Assembly: GCA_903879335.1 (NCBI GenBank)
Contig: CAIRLC010000022.1
Location: 177,737 to 241,736 of the forward strand
Length of the DNA: 64,000 bases
Direction: 5' to 3'
DNA from: an uncultured Pseudomonadota bacterium
GTDB taxonomy: Bacteria; Pseudomonadota; Gammaproteobacteria; Steroidobacterales; Steroidobacteraceae
In this document: positions 19,128 through 29,477 of the stretch, piece by piece
Layout of the letters: the number at the start of each line of letters is the position of its first letter
How positions within the stretch are numbered: the first letter of the stretch is position 1
Made by a program: the position numbers and the translations under genes
Notes under the pieces: model-generated
Database searches by the model: none
What the model was told of the DNA's origin: nothing
What the model saw: only the letters and a program-made list of their open reading frames with translations

Positions 19128-21497
19128 TCAATTACACGCTGTGGAGTTAACGGGCCGAATTAGCCAATAGGCAAACACCGGGATCAACGTCATTGCGGCG
19201 AGCATATTCACCACGAACATGAACGTCAGCATCAGGCCAACATCCGCTTGAAACTGCAGTGGCGAAAACACCCAAGTCGCCACACCCAATGCAAGCGTGA
19301 CACCCGTGAAAAACACACTCGCGCCCGTCACCCGCAATGCCTGATGGTAGGCCTCGCGCACCGTCGCTCCAGCGGCGAGCGCCACCTGCATTCGGCTATA
19401 GAGATAGATGCCGTAGTCAACACCGATGCCGGCGCCAAGGGCCACCATCGGCAATGTCGTGACTTTAAGACCAATGCCAACGATCGCCATCGTGGTGTAA
19501 GCGAGCACCGACACCAATATCAGCGGCAACATCACCACCACGGTGCCCACCACCGAACGGAAGGTCATCAAACACATTAAAGCGATCACCGCGAACAGGC
19601 CGAAAAGAATCGGCAGTTCTTTGGCCCGCACCTCAGCCATCTGCGCCGCCATCACACCGACGTTACCGGTCGCTAAACGCAGGCGAACACCCGCCACCGG
19701 ATGTGGCGCGCGATAGTGCTGAACCTCGTTGATGACACGGTCTATCGTTTGGGCGCGATGATCGGCTAAAAAAAGCATGATTGGCATCACGCTGCAGTCG
19801 CCGTTGAGCAGCCCACTGCTGGTATCGACAAAGCCTTGAGCCTGTACGAGGCTGCGCTGGTCCCGCGGCAGGCTACGCCACTTTAAACTTCCCTCGCTCC
19901 AGCCAGCACTGATGATTTTGGCGACTCCAGGCAAGCTCATCACATTCCGCACGCCCTCGACATTCGCCATTTGGTAGGCGAAATCATCGATGTAACGCAT
20001 CACGGCATGATCAACACAACCATTCGGTGACGTTTCCGCGATCACGTTCAGCACATCCGTACCGATAGAGAACTTATGCGTGATGACGTCCGTATCGACG
20101 TTGTAACGCGATTCAGGTCGTAGCTCGGGAACACCGGCCATGGTGTCTCCAACCGGAGTATGGCGCCCGATGGCAAAACCAACAATGCCGACGGCAATCG
20201 CGACTACGACGGCAATCGCTGCGGGACGCGGCTGCGCAATTCGGGCAAGCACTGACCATACCCGACTGAGCGCCAATTGCCGTGTGCGGACACACGCGGC
20301 GTATTCGGCGTGCGGACGCACATAAGACACGACAATCGGCAACAACACCAGGTCCGTCAGAATTACCACACCGACACCGACACTCGCGGTGACTGCCATT
20401 TCCCGGATCACGCCCACCGGAATAGCGAGAATCGTCACGAAGCCCATCAAGTCGGCCAGTAACGCCACGATGGCCGGTACAAAAAGGAGTCGGAATGTTC
20501 GTCGAGCAGCCTCTAAGGCATCGGCACCGTCCATCGCTGCATCGCCAACGGCGCTGATCTTCTGCACGCCATGCGATACGCCGATCGCAAAGATCACAAA
20601 AGGCACCAAGATCCCGATCGGGTCGACGCCGTACCCCAGCACAACCAGCAAGCCCAATTGCCAGATCACGGCGACGAGCGAACAGATCACCGGAACTAAC
20701 GCAATTTTGATGGACTGAATGTAAATCCAAACTAGCAGTAGCGTCAGCGCTACAGTGATCACGGCAAACAGAATCACGGATAGCGCACCGGAGGCGATAT
20801 CACTGACGACCTTTGCGTAGCCGATAACTCGCACGTCGATCAGGTGGGGCGGAATGCCGAGTTGAACGTCGCCTTCCTCAATATGCGCGCGTACGGCTTC
20901 AAGCGCATTGCCGATCGCGATCAGATCAACTGGTTTTCCTGTCGCTGGATCCTTCTCTAGCAATTGGGCCGACACGATTGCGCCACTGAAGTCATTAGCG
21001 ACAAGTCGACCGACGACGTTGGCTTTGAGGACGTTCTCACGAACTTGCGCGAGCCCGTCTACGGTCGGGCTGAAGCCTGACGGAATGACGTCCCCTGCTC
21101 TAATCCCGCCCTCAACCACTTCACTGAAACGCGTATTCGGCGTCCAGAGTGACTGCACGCGAGCACGATCGACGCCAGGGATGAAAAAAACCTCATCCGT
21201 CGCTTTCTTTAATGCCGCGAGAAATGCGGGTGTGTAGATGGTGCCGTCACGGACCATCAAGGCGATCAGTACACGATTGGCTCCACCGAATTCGTCGTAA
21301 TGCGCCAAATAGGTCTGCATATACGGGTGTTGTAGCGGCAATTGTTTGGTGAAGCGCGTGTCGATGTGCAGGCCGCGCATGGCCAAGCCGGCAAACAATA
21401 CGGTCAAGAGCGCAAACACCGCCAACACGGTCCGCCGCGCCCCAAACACAAAGTGCTCCAAAGGACGCACAAATCGCGGTTCTCGTGGCGCGTGCAC
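19128..21497 (-). CDS. RND-superfamily (COG1033 / MMPL-HpnN-like) inner-membrane transporter
   Basis: The 789-aa protein has two blocks of 5-6 TM helices separated by soluble loops. It is the last gene of the DUF1302-DUF1329-propeller-RND cluster. Confidence 0.85.
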   Translation of the reverse strand: MHAPREPRFVRPLEHFVFGARRTVLAVFALLTVLFAGLAMRGLHIDTRFTKQLPLQHPYMQTYLAHYDEFGGANRVLIALMVRDGTIYTPAFLAALKKATDEVFFIPGVDRARVQSLWTPNTRFSEVVEGGIRAGDVIPSGFSPTVDGLAQVRENVLKANVVGRLVANDFSGAIVSAQLLEKDPATGKPVDLIAIGNALEAVRAHIEEGDVQLGIPPHLIDVRVIGYAKVVSDIASGALSVILFAVITVALTLLLVWIYIQSIKIALVPVICSLVAVIWQLGLLVVLGYGVDPIGILVPFVIFAIGVSHGVQKISAVGDAAMDGADALEAARRTFRLLFVPAIVALLADLMGFVTILAIPVGVIREMAVTASVGVGVVILTDLVLLPIVVSYVRPHAEYAACVRTRQLALSRVWSVLARIAQPRPAAIAVVVAIAVGIVGFAIGRHTPVGDTMAGVPELRPESRYNVDTDVITHKFSIGTDVLNVIAETSPNGCVDHAVMRYIDDFAYQMANVEGVRNVMSLPGVAKIISAGWSEGSLKWRSLPRDQRSLVQAQGFVDTSSGLLNGDCSVMPIMLFLADHRAQTIDRVINEVQHYRAPHPVAGVRLRLATGNVGVMAAQMAEVRAKELPILFGLFAVIALMCLMTFRSVVGTVVVMLPLILVSVLAYTTMAIVGIGLKVTTLPMVALGAGIGVDYGIYLYSRMQVALAAGATVREAYHQALRVTGASVFFTGVTLALGVATWVFSPLQFQADVGLMLTFMFVVNMLAAMTLIPVFAYWLIRPVNSTACN

Positions 21498-21500
21498 GGT

Positions 21501-22535
21501 CTACTCCCGAGAATTAAGGGATAGCCGTCGCACCCCATTCTCACCGACGATGATAGGCCCTGCAGGGCCCGCAACGACGGCAGCCATCCCTTTTCGATCA
21601 GCCATGCGCGAGGAACTAAAGGTCTGCGCGCCGTCCGTGCTAATGAGGACGACGCCTGCCAGCCCCACAATCACGACCCGCCCGTCCGGCAAGATGGTTG
21701 CACCATCCAGCAAGGCATCCACTCCGGAGCGGATATCCACCCAGTGTTGGCCGCGGTCTGCCGAGCGAAATAGGTGGCCACGCAAGCCGGCAGCAATCAC
21801 CCCTGCCTCCCCGATAGGCTGAACGGCGAAGAAGGATCCGGCATACGGCGATGGTAAGGCCACCCACTGGTGACCGTGATCATCGGACCGATAGAGGTGC
21901 CCTGCTTCACCGGCAATATAGACGGTGCCGTCTGATGATCTCGCGATTGCATTGAGGTGCGGTTGCTCAAGATCTGCATCGTCATCCATGCGCGCAGGAC
22001 GTTTTTTTTCTTTTAAGGGTGCCGCACTGAGCTCAGTGATGGCAAAGGTCTGGCCATGATCTGTGGAGCGTGCGAGCGTGGCGTACGCACCCACGGCGAT
22101 GACATCCCCTGAGCGATCGCAGGCGACACTCAAGAAGGGCTGCGCCGTATCTGGCGCAAAGTGAGCGATACGCCAGTGCGAACCACCATCAGCAGTCGCC
22201 AAAATAGTCTCATCATGACCCACGACATAACCGACTTGGTCGTCCACGAAACAGGCCGCCGTCAATAACGCATCGACCGGAACGCTGGATTGCCTCCAAT
22301 GCGCTCCCCCGTCTCGACTCAAGAGGATGTGACCTCGCTCACCTGCCGCCAGCAATTGACCTGACGGGGAAACCGCCAACGCCGTCAGTAACGATCGTGC
22401 TGCGAGCGCCGCCACCCTTGCTGGCACGGGCGCCTCGGCCGCTCCGACCGACGCAACACTCGCGAGGCTCCAATAGACGAACGCCCAACCGACAAAACGG
22501 TTGGGCGTCCGCGACCTAGTCATTTTCACACGCAC
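21501..22535 (-). CDS. exported BNR/Ycf48-like beta-propeller protein (COG4447 type)
   Basis: A signal peptide is present. Repeated S/T-x-D-G-G-x-x-W-like blades occur (SRDGGAHW, TADGGSHW, STDHGQTF, SDDHGHQW, SADRGQHW, STDGAQTF). Confidence 0.75.
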   Translation of the reverse strand: MRVKMTRSRTPNRFVGWAFVYWSLASVASVGAAEAPVPARVAALAARSLLTALAVSPSGQLLAAGERGHILLSRDGGAHWRQSSVPVDALLTAACFVDDQVGYVVGHDETILATADGGSHWRIAHFAPDTAQPFLSVACDRSGDVIAVGAYATLARSTDHGQTFAITELSAAPLKEKKRPARMDDDADLEQPHLNAIARSSDGTVYIAGEAGHLYRSDDHGHQWVALPSPYAGSFFAVQPIGEAGVIAAGLRGHLFRSADRGQHWVDIRSGVDALLDGATILPDGRVVIVGLAGVVLISTDGAQTFSSSRMADRKGMAAVVAGPAGPIIVGENGVRRLSLNSRE

Positions 22536-22548
22536 TCAGTCAGTCAAA

Positions 22549-23928
22549 TCAACGCGTACCGCGGGTGCGCAGGGCTGCGGCAGTGTAATCCGTCAGGCTA
22601 CGCTTGATGCCAAAGTCGTAGGAGCGATCGGCATGGTCCTCAAAGCCCAGCGCAAGATAACGACGTGACTGCAGATCGTAGGTCAGTTCCATCGTGGTCC
22701 AGAACGTCGGCACATTAAAGTAATTGATGCCGTGCCCTTCCTGGACGCGCCAGAGTTGGTCGCGTGCGTCATAGCAGTCGACCGCGACGATCTGCCACGA
22801 GTCTTCATCAATGTAGAGCGTGCGGCGCTTGTAGATGTGGCGCTGACCGGGCTTTAAGACCGAGTCCACAACCCAAACGCGATGCAATTCATAGCGCGCG
22901 AGATCTTGGTTGATGTGTAGCGGCCGGATGACGTCATCCGGCTTTACTTTCGCCTGATGGAGCCGATAAGCGTTGTACGGAACGTAGATCTCTTTTTTGC
23001 CGACCAATTTCCAGTCATAGCGCTCTGGACTGCCGTTGTACATATCAAACTGATCCGATGTCCGCAGCCCGTCAGCGGCCGTGCCTGGATTATCGAATGC
23101 CACATCCGGCGCACGGCGTACCCGTCTCTGGCCCGCGTTATAAATCCACGCGCGGCGATTTTCTTTGGACTGATCAAGGGTCTCGTGCACCAGCAGAATG
23201 TCACCGGCAAGGCGGGCTGGTGCGACTGTTTCTTCAATGAAATACAAAATCACATTATCGAGATCAGCTTCTTTCACATTCGGCTGCGAGTAGGCAACGT
23301 AAAACTCATCGTGGAATTTCACCATGTTGTACGTGCCAGACGGAGACACCGCGGCTTGTCCGATCTCGCGCGCAGCGGCATCGGCACGATAGCGCAAAAC
23401 GTGATTCCAAAAGGCTTCTACGCCCGATTTCGGGATCGGGAACGGAATACCCTCAGTGGCCCCATTAACGCCGTTCCCGCCTGCCGCTAACTGCGCGCTC
23501 GTGGCATTACGCTTAGTGGCGTCGTAAATACGTTGTGGTGATGAGGCGCTTCGATGAGTCGGGTACACATTCATGAAGAACGTGTCTTTGTACTGCTTGA
23601 GAAGCGCCTTATCGCCTTCCGTGAGGTGATCGGCGTATTGAGCCATATTGGCTGCGGTGATTTTCAACGTCGGCTTGTCAGTCGCGTACGGATCGGGAGC
23701 TCGACCCGGCGAAGCAAAGCTCGGAAACCCTGCCTTGGCTGGCGATGACAAACCGCCGTCCCAAGCAGGAATGGTACCGGCGGCATTGCCCGCCTTTTCA
23801 CCGCCCAACGGCGTCAAATCGACGCCTAGTCGAGCTGCGTCTTGCGCACTCACGCCGGCAATGACAAGACCAAACGGTGCCAGCGCCAAGCTGAACGCCG
23901 CGATGGCCGCTATTTTTTTAATGTTCAT
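22549..23928 (-). CDS. DUF1329 family exported protein (LolA-like fold family)
   Basis: A signal peptide is present (MNIKKIAAIAAFSLALAPFGLVIAG). The length and sequence pattern fit DUF1329, and it is always paired with DUF1302. Confidence 0.8.
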   Translation of the reverse strand: MNIKKIAAIAAFSLALAPFGLVIAGVSAQDAARLGVDLTPLGGEKAGNAAGTIPAWDGGLSSPAKAGFPSFASPGRAPDPYATDKPTLKITAANMAQYADHLTEGDKALLKQYKDTFFMNVYPTHRSASSPQRIYDATKRNATSAQLAAGGNGVNGATEGIPFPIPKSGVEAFWNHVLRYRADAAAREIGQAAVSPSGTYNMVKFHDEFYVAYSQPNVKEADLDNVILYFIEETVAPARLAGDILLVHETLDQSKENRRAWIYNAGQRRVRRAPDVAFDNPGTAADGLRTSDQFDMYNGSPERYDWKLVGKKEIYVPYNAYRLHQAKVKPDDVIRPLHINQDLARYELHRVWVVDSVLKPGQRHIYKRRTLYIDEDSWQIVAVDCYDARDQLWRVQEGHGINYFNVPTFWTTMELTYDLQSRRYLALGFEDHADRSYDFGIKRSLTDYTAAALRTRGTR

Positions 23929-23957
23929 GTCCGCTACCCCTCAGGACAATCGTTCGA

Positions 23958-26060
23958 TCAGAACGAGTATTTCAGCGCTGCCGCCACCCAGTCACGGTCG
24001 ATGAGATCGTTGAATCGGCCGGCGCCTGCATACTTTGTATAGGTCAGGTCGATCTGCCAACGGTTCTGAAGACTGGCCCCAACTCCCAGACCCAGAGCTT
24101 CGCGACCCTCAACGAAGTTACCGCCAGGACCCGGAGTCGTGCCTTTGACGTCCTGTTGCCAGGTGAGCTTCGGACTTACCGTCCAAGAGCCCAGTAAGTT
24201 CGGGTATTCAAGTTTCGCCGCGACGCGATAGCCCCACGAGAATGGATCGGCAAATCGGTTCTGCGGCTCGACCTCCCCGTAATGGAGATAAGACAACGCG
24301 GTGTTGCCGGAGACCGATGTGCCCGGCCCGTTGAAGCGCAGCCCTTGGCCGTTAGGGCCGCCAGTCGTCTTATCGGGCATACCAACCACGTTGGTCGCAC
24401 CGACTTCAGCCAAGAAAACCAACTGTTGCGCACCCAGAATCTGGGAGAAGGCCTTCGTGGCGGTCAGTTGCTCCTGCCAAACGTTATAGCGTCCCCAGCC
24501 ATGAACCGTTCCGCCCGGAATGGTGGCGCCGAGTTGACCGCAGCGCGACAGCGTCGGCACCGCCGGGTTGCAGCTACCCGGAAATGGCGCACCGGGATAC
24601 TGAAGACCATAAAGCGCCTGTTCCAATGGCGTGAGTGCAGAGAACAGCAGTTCCACGTCATCAAATTGCAGTGGCGTATCTTTGCGGTATTCAACCTGCC
24701 CCTGCAAGGCGACGCCCGAGGTGCCGATTTGCGTATTAAAGGCGACAGCAAAAGTTTGGAGATTATCTGGATATTCAACGAAGTAGGACGCCGTCTGGGC
24801 GAACTCGTGAGTGGCAAAGTTATTGACCTGACTGGCGAGGTTGCCGCCACCCAGGTAGGTATTGGCCCCAACCGTCGCGTAGCTTGCCAAGGTAGCCGGG
24901 GTAATCGTGCCGCCTGATGCGTGCGCGGCTTGATAGCCGGCCGCCGTGCCTACTTGGATGGCTGCGGCTTCCGGCAGACCCGCCACTAAGGCTTGGGCGG
25001 TCGCTTCCATCGCGGTCGCCGTCGCAGCCGCATTTGCAATGCCGGTCGTTGTGCCGGCCCGACCACTGATTAACGGCAGATGGCTCGCGTAATTCGTGAA
25101 ATAGAAGCTGAGCTCAGTGCCGCTACCTAAGTTGGGCAGGAACCACCGCAATGCAAAACCGAACTGACCGCTGTCCTTCGGATCAATGCGCGGACCTTGT
25201 GGGACACCTTGGAAGTTCGGAATTAGAGGACCGCCCAACGACCGGAAATCCACGCCTTGATCCGAAAACCCGCCAAAGCCGAGGAAGACCTGCTTGCCGC
25301 CAGCAGAAACGTAATCATTCGTCGAAAAATACGTTCCAGCCGGTTCCGGCTCGGTACGGCGCCAGCCCAACAAGTAGAAAGCCTCGATTGAGGTATTTTC
25401 CGAAATGCCGAGAGATCCCTTCACCATCTGTTGCGGCGTAAACGCCTCTTTCAGCTCAGATCCGGGAATTCGAAGTGCTGACACGTCGACCGGATTCACG
25501 CCGGACAAGCCACCCTGAATGAAGGTGCTCTCGCCCCAACTGACGATCTGTTTACCGACACGCAGTTCGACCGGATGTCCCTGACCTATGTCCCATTTAC
25601 CGTAGGCAAACGCGTCCAACAGTCGCACGTAATGGCCAGCGAGATCCTTAGCTGCGGCACTCAGCGGCGTGCGACGCGTGGCCATATCCATGACGGCAAC
25701 GTCGTACAAACCCGATCCACGGGCGAAAAAGCCGTAATTCTTATACTTCAGAGACAACTCACTGGTGATCTTGAAGGCTTCACTGAACTGGTCATTCTTC
25801 TGATAGTTCGCATCGCCATCATCAATATTGACGGAACGCCCAGTGCCGCCGTCGGCAACACCGACCAAGGCTGGGTTCTGCGCGGCCACGCGCCATGCGC
25901 CACCGAGCGAAATAGTGGTGTCCAAGTTCCCGGTGAGACCGCCGTCACTACCAAAGTCGAACGCTATTGCGTTCGATGACGTTGCTAGCGCTGCAGCGGC
26001 CAATACTCCGCTGATTGCTGCGCTCAGAAAGGAGGCCCGGTGTTTTAATTGAGTCTTCAT
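23958..26060 (-). CDS. DUF1302 family outer-membrane protein (predicted large beta-barrel)
   Basis: A signal peptide is present (…AAAALATSSNAIAFDF). The 700-aa protein has alternating beta-strand character and the C-terminal aromatic signature ...AALKYSF typical of OMPs. Confidence 0.8.
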   Translation of the reverse strand: MKTQLKHRASFLSAAISGVLAAAALATSSNAIAFDFGSDGGLTGNLDTTISLGGAWRVAAQNPALVGVADGGTGRSVNIDDGDANYQKNDQFSEAFKITSELSLKYKNYGFFARGSGLYDVAVMDMATRRTPLSAAAKDLAGHYVRLLDAFAYGKWDIGQGHPVELRVGKQIVSWGESTFIQGGLSGVNPVDVSALRIPGSELKEAFTPQQMVKGSLGISENTSIEAFYLLGWRRTEPEPAGTYFSTNDYVSAGGKQVFLGFGGFSDQGVDFRSLGGPLIPNFQGVPQGPRIDPKDSGQFGFALRWFLPNLGSGTELSFYFTNYASHLPLISGRAGTTTGIANAAATATAMEATAQALVAGLPEAAAIQVGTAAGYQAAHASGGTITPATLASYATVGANTYLGGGNLASQVNNFATHEFAQTASYFVEYPDNLQTFAVAFNTQIGTSGVALQGQVEYRKDTPLQFDDVELLFSALTPLEQALYGLQYPGAPFPGSCNPAVPTLSRCGQLGATIPGGTVHGWGRYNVWQEQLTATKAFSQILGAQQLVFLAEVGATNVVGMPDKTTGGPNGQGLRFNGPGTSVSGNTALSYLHYGEVEPQNRFADPFSWGYRVAAKLEYPNLLGSWTVSPKLTWQQDVKGTTPGPGGNFVEGREALGLGVGASLQNRWQIDLTYTKYAGAGRFNDLIDRDWVAAALKYSF

Positions 26061-26237
26061 TTCCGCTCCCTAGAAGTCAGGACACCCGCGTGAGATTCGC
26101 TGGTGCTTCCGCCAATCAATCTAATCAACTTGTCGATCAATTGCGCGCTCGATCCCGAGTATAGCCGGGACGGCTCATTGCGCACGTCCCTACACTCATC
26201 TGCAGTTGTGCGCCGCAACATAAACGGCTGGATTCGC

Positions 26238-28691
26238 TCATCCGTGCGTGACCTGCAGGACCGAGTGTCGGATCTGTTCCGACAACACCAGCCGCGCATC
26301 AGCCGCTACGGCCAGTAAAGCCGTCTCATAGGTGAGGCGCCCTGCCGAATCAGTGCCGATTACCCCACGACGGCGTAACAAGTCTAAAAACTGACGGAAC
26401 ATACCTTTATCGAAAAACTCTGGCGAGCGCAGTTCGTAGAGCAAAGCCATTCGGCTCGCCATGAGGTGGCAACGCCGCTCTAAGGCGTCTTGGGTAATCT
26501 GCCCAGAACCCGACTGGAGCAGTAACGCGATCGCCAGGTAGTAGCGCTCTACCACCTCAAGCGTTGTGTGGGCGAGCACCGACAATTGCACCGCCTCACT
26601 CGATCCGGTCGCCGGTCGACGCCAGACATCGCCAGCAGAGTCTCTCTCCAGCAGTCTTAACTCGCCTAAGGTTGCCAAGACCCCATCGACGGCGGCCGAT
26701 AACTCGTCTTCGCCCCAACGCAGAAAAAGATCCTGAGCCACATAGGGATAGATTCGCCACGCTAATCGCTGCACATCCTCCCGACTGATGGCTGCGTTAT
26801 TTAAGAACGCGCAGGCGATCAACGAAGGCAACGCATAGGCATGCAAAATACTATTGCGATAATAGGCCGATGTGACGGCCGTTCCGGCTGTGAAGCGAAC
26901 CACATCGCCCAACGCATGCGGCGCAGTTTCGATCATGCCCAAATCACGGGCGTGAGCCAAAATTTGCGCCCCATCGAGCGCCGTACAAGTCGAGTCTGGG
27001 GCATACGGCAATTTCGCCGCTAAAGCTCGACATAAATCCAACTGGCGAATCAGATCTGACTCAACCATGGCTTGTCGCGGCGTGGCCAGCAACACCATGC
27101 TGACCAGGCCAGCCGGGGAAATCGCAACGGCGGAATTCACGCGTCTTTGAATAGACTCAGCCAACGTGTCAACGGCGTGATTCAACCAGTCAGGCTTTCC
27201 ATCGCCGGAGGCCGCGCGCCACTCCGGCGCAACTTGATCTAAATGGGTCGATAGGTCCAGAGGTTCGCCAAAACTGACGTACACACGGCCATAGCGCCGA
27301 CGCAAAATCCGCAGCGCGCCAACCAAACCACGGACGCTCTCAGTCTGTTTGGGACGACCGGACAATTCACCGACATAGGTATCGGCTTCCACTAATTTTT
27401 CGTAGCCGAAATAGACTGGTACAAAAACAACGGGTCTAGATGAGTCCTGTAAGTACGAGCGCATCGTCATCGACAGCATTCCCGTCTTCGGCTTCAGCAA
27501 GCGCCCTGTGCGACTGCGTCCGCCTTCGATGAAATACTCAATGGGGTGACCGCGTCGCATCATCACGCTGAGATAACTCATGAATACGACCGGATACAGC
27601 GGATGACCTTTAAAGCTGCGCCGCAAATAAAACGCGCCGCACTTGCGCAATACTCGACCAATCAATGGCAAATTGAGGTTGATACCCGCTGCGATGTGCG
27701 GAACCGCGAAACCTCGGCCATAAATCACATACGACAGCAGCAGATAATCCATGTGGCTGCGATGGGACGGCACGTAAACCAATTGCGCCCCGCCGGCCGC
27801 CAATTCGAGTCGCTCGCCATGCAAAACTTCAACGCCGTCGTACAAGCGATTCCATAACCAAGTGAAGGGATTCCACATCAGCGCAACTGCGCGTGGCGAG
27901 TAATCCGCCGCAATCTCCAAAGCGTAGCGACGCGCAGTCAATAGTGCTTCTCGTCGAGACTTCTTGCCGTCGCGAATTTCCAAAGCCACTGCGGACCGTA
28001 CCGAACGCCGCGCGAGAACGGCCGCGACAATGCTACGACGCAAAGCCAAATCAGGGCCAAGCACGGCGGCCCGTGAATTACGAAACTCCTGTCGCATCTG
28101 ACGAACCAAGCGACGGACAAGCCGGATGGGATCTCCTTCGTGCGAAAATCCCGCTGGCGCTATCGGCTCACCGAAGCGAACGAGTGTTTGCCGCCCGTTC
28201 ACCAGCGTGGCAAAGAAACGTCTAAGCGGGCCCGCGATCGTCCAACCTTCGCCGAAAAGTAGACCAAGACGAGTCGACTCTTTACCCGGTGCGCGCCCCC
28301 AGTAGACTGAAACTGGGATGAGATCCACGTGGTCGCCTTGCGTCGCAAGCGTTGCATCAATCACTCGCGTCAGACGGCCGGGAAGGCGCCGGTCTCGCCG
28401 GGATCGCAGCCAGCCCTGGCGCCGCTCAAGTGCGACAGAGGATCGCAATTCACTGGCATCACCAACCTTAAAGCGGCGTACCGGTGACGGCAAACCCAAT
28501 GCGCGACAGACGCGCATCAGCGCAAGTAAATCAGTCAACGCTGCGTGCTCAAGCACATACAGAACTTGGCGACCACGACCACGCAATTGTTCTGCCGTAT
28601 CAATCGGCAAGGCCCGTGGCCTAACCCACAGAGAGAGGATCCCAGATAGGGCGGACAGCGTCAGACGATCCAGACCGAGCAGGAGATTCAT
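26238..28691 (-). CDS. plsB: glycerol-3-phosphate 1-O-acyltransferase
   Basis: The 817-aa protein carries the HxxxxD acyltransferase motif (VPSHRSHMDYLLL) and the downstream blocks YFIEGGRSRTGR and VPVYFGYE. Confidence 0.92.
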   Translation of the reverse strand: MNLLLGLDRLTLSALSGILSLWVRPRALPIDTAEQLRGRGRQVLYVLEHAALTDLLALMRVCRALGLPSPVRRFKVGDASELRSSVALERRQGWLRSRRDRRLPGRLTRVIDATLATQGDHVDLIPVSVYWGRAPGKESTRLGLLFGEGWTIAGPLRRFFATLVNGRQTLVRFGEPIAPAGFSHEGDPIRLVRRLVRQMRQEFRNSRAAVLGPDLALRRSIVAAVLARRSVRSAVALEIRDGKKSRREALLTARRYALEIAADYSPRAVALMWNPFTWLWNRLYDGVEVLHGERLELAAGGAQLVYVPSHRSHMDYLLLSYVIYGRGFAVPHIAAGINLNLPLIGRVLRKCGAFYLRRSFKGHPLYPVVFMSYLSVMMRRGHPIEYFIEGGRSRTGRLLKPKTGMLSMTMRSYLQDSSRPVVFVPVYFGYEKLVEADTYVGELSGRPKQTESVRGLVGALRILRRRYGRVYVSFGEPLDLSTHLDQVAPEWRAASGDGKPDWLNHAVDTLAESIQRRVNSAVAISPAGLVSMVLLATPRQAMVESDLIRQLDLCRALAAKLPYAPDSTCTALDGAQILAHARDLGMIETAPHALGDVVRFTAGTAVTSAYYRNSILHAYALPSLIACAFLNNAAISREDVQRLAWRIYPYVAQDLFLRWGEDELSAAVDGVLATLGELRLLERDSAGDVWRRPATGSSEAVQLSVLAHTTLEVVERYYLAIALLLQSGSGQITQDALERRCHLMASRMALLYELRSPEFFDKGMFRQFLDLLRRRGVIGTDSAGRLTYETALLAVAADARLVLSEQIRHSVLQVTHG

Positions 28692-28957
28692 GGAGCCAGG
28701 GCTCGTTGGGCAGCTATTAAGGCAAGCTTACGCGTTCGAGCGAAGCGCTTGATCTCAGCTTCACGGCGCAATGCGCCGCCTCGATCAGCAGCAACTTCAA
28801 CATAGACCAGATCTCTAGGTGACTGCGTACGAAAAAAGCGAGCACCACGACCACGAAGTCCCGAATGTTCCGCCCAACGACGAGCCACCGACGTCGTAAT
28901 CCCGGTGTAGAGCGCCCCGCGCTCTCCTTCAACAATATAGACGGTCCAGCCAAGCAT
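28688..28957 (-). CDS. GIY-YIG nuclease-superfamily protein (UPF0213/YhbQ-like)
   Basis: The protein reads ...WTVYIVEGERGALYTGITTSVARRWAEH...REAEIKR.... The start is taken at MLGWTVY. Its stop overlaps the plsB start as ATGA. Confidence 0.8.
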   Translation of the reverse strand: MLGWTVYIVEGERGALYTGITTSVARRWAEHSGLRGRGARFFRTQSPRDLVYVEVAADRGGALRREAEIKRFARTRKLALIAAQRALAP

Positions 28958-28964
28958 GCGCGAA

Positions 28965-29477
28965 TCAAGCCTCCGGTGACCCAATATCCAACAAGAACAG
29001 TCGGAACAAATCACACAATGCACTCAATTGGTCCTGCATCCGATGGTCTGTATCCAAAATATGCAGCGTTGCCCGACAGGCCCGCGCCCAGCGGATACTG
29101 TTCTCAATCGGCACGATCTCATCGCCCCAACCATGTGCGATATGCATCGGGCAAGCGTGCGGCGTGGGCGTCAGGTGTTCATAGCCCGGCATGTAGAAGG
29201 CGGGCGCCATCAAAAATAGACCGCCGCACGCCAAAACTTTCGATGCAGCGGTCGCTACATGCCCACCCATACTTGAACCCACAAGCACAGGCGCTCTCCC
29301 TATGAAGGGACCAGCGGCGACTAATTTGCTCACCCGCTCAGCCGGATCGTCCAGTCCTTGATAATCAATAGACTCGACCTGCCAGCCTAACTCGCGAGCC
29401 ACTTCCGCCAACGCGACAATCTTTGTCCCCCACGGGCCTGATTCCTTACCGTGGGAAAAAACTACATACCGGGTCAT
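28965..29477 (-). CDS. small alpha/beta-fold hydrolase (YqiA-like esterase type)
   Basis: The 170-aa protein reads ...VVFSHGKESGPWG..., has a nucleophile-elbow-like GSSMGG, and a late ...HGWGDEIVP.... Confidence 0.65.
   Translation of the reverse strand: MTRYVVFSHGKESGPWGTKIVALAEVARELGWQVESIDYQGLDDPAERVSKLVAAGPFIGRAPVLVGSSMGGHVATAASKVLACGGLFLMAPAFYMPGYEHLTPTPHACPMHIAHGWGDEIVPIENSIRWARACRATLHILDTDHRMQDQLSALCDLFRLFLLDIGSPEA

Noticed and set aside
19248-21822. Multiple 60-200-aa ORFs lie inside and opposite the RND transporter and propeller genes. Examples are 20113-20730 (-), 20389-20718 (+) and 21346-21822 (+).
   Set aside because: They have the same GC-frame artefact signature. They are fully nested in well-supported membrane-protein and propeller genes.
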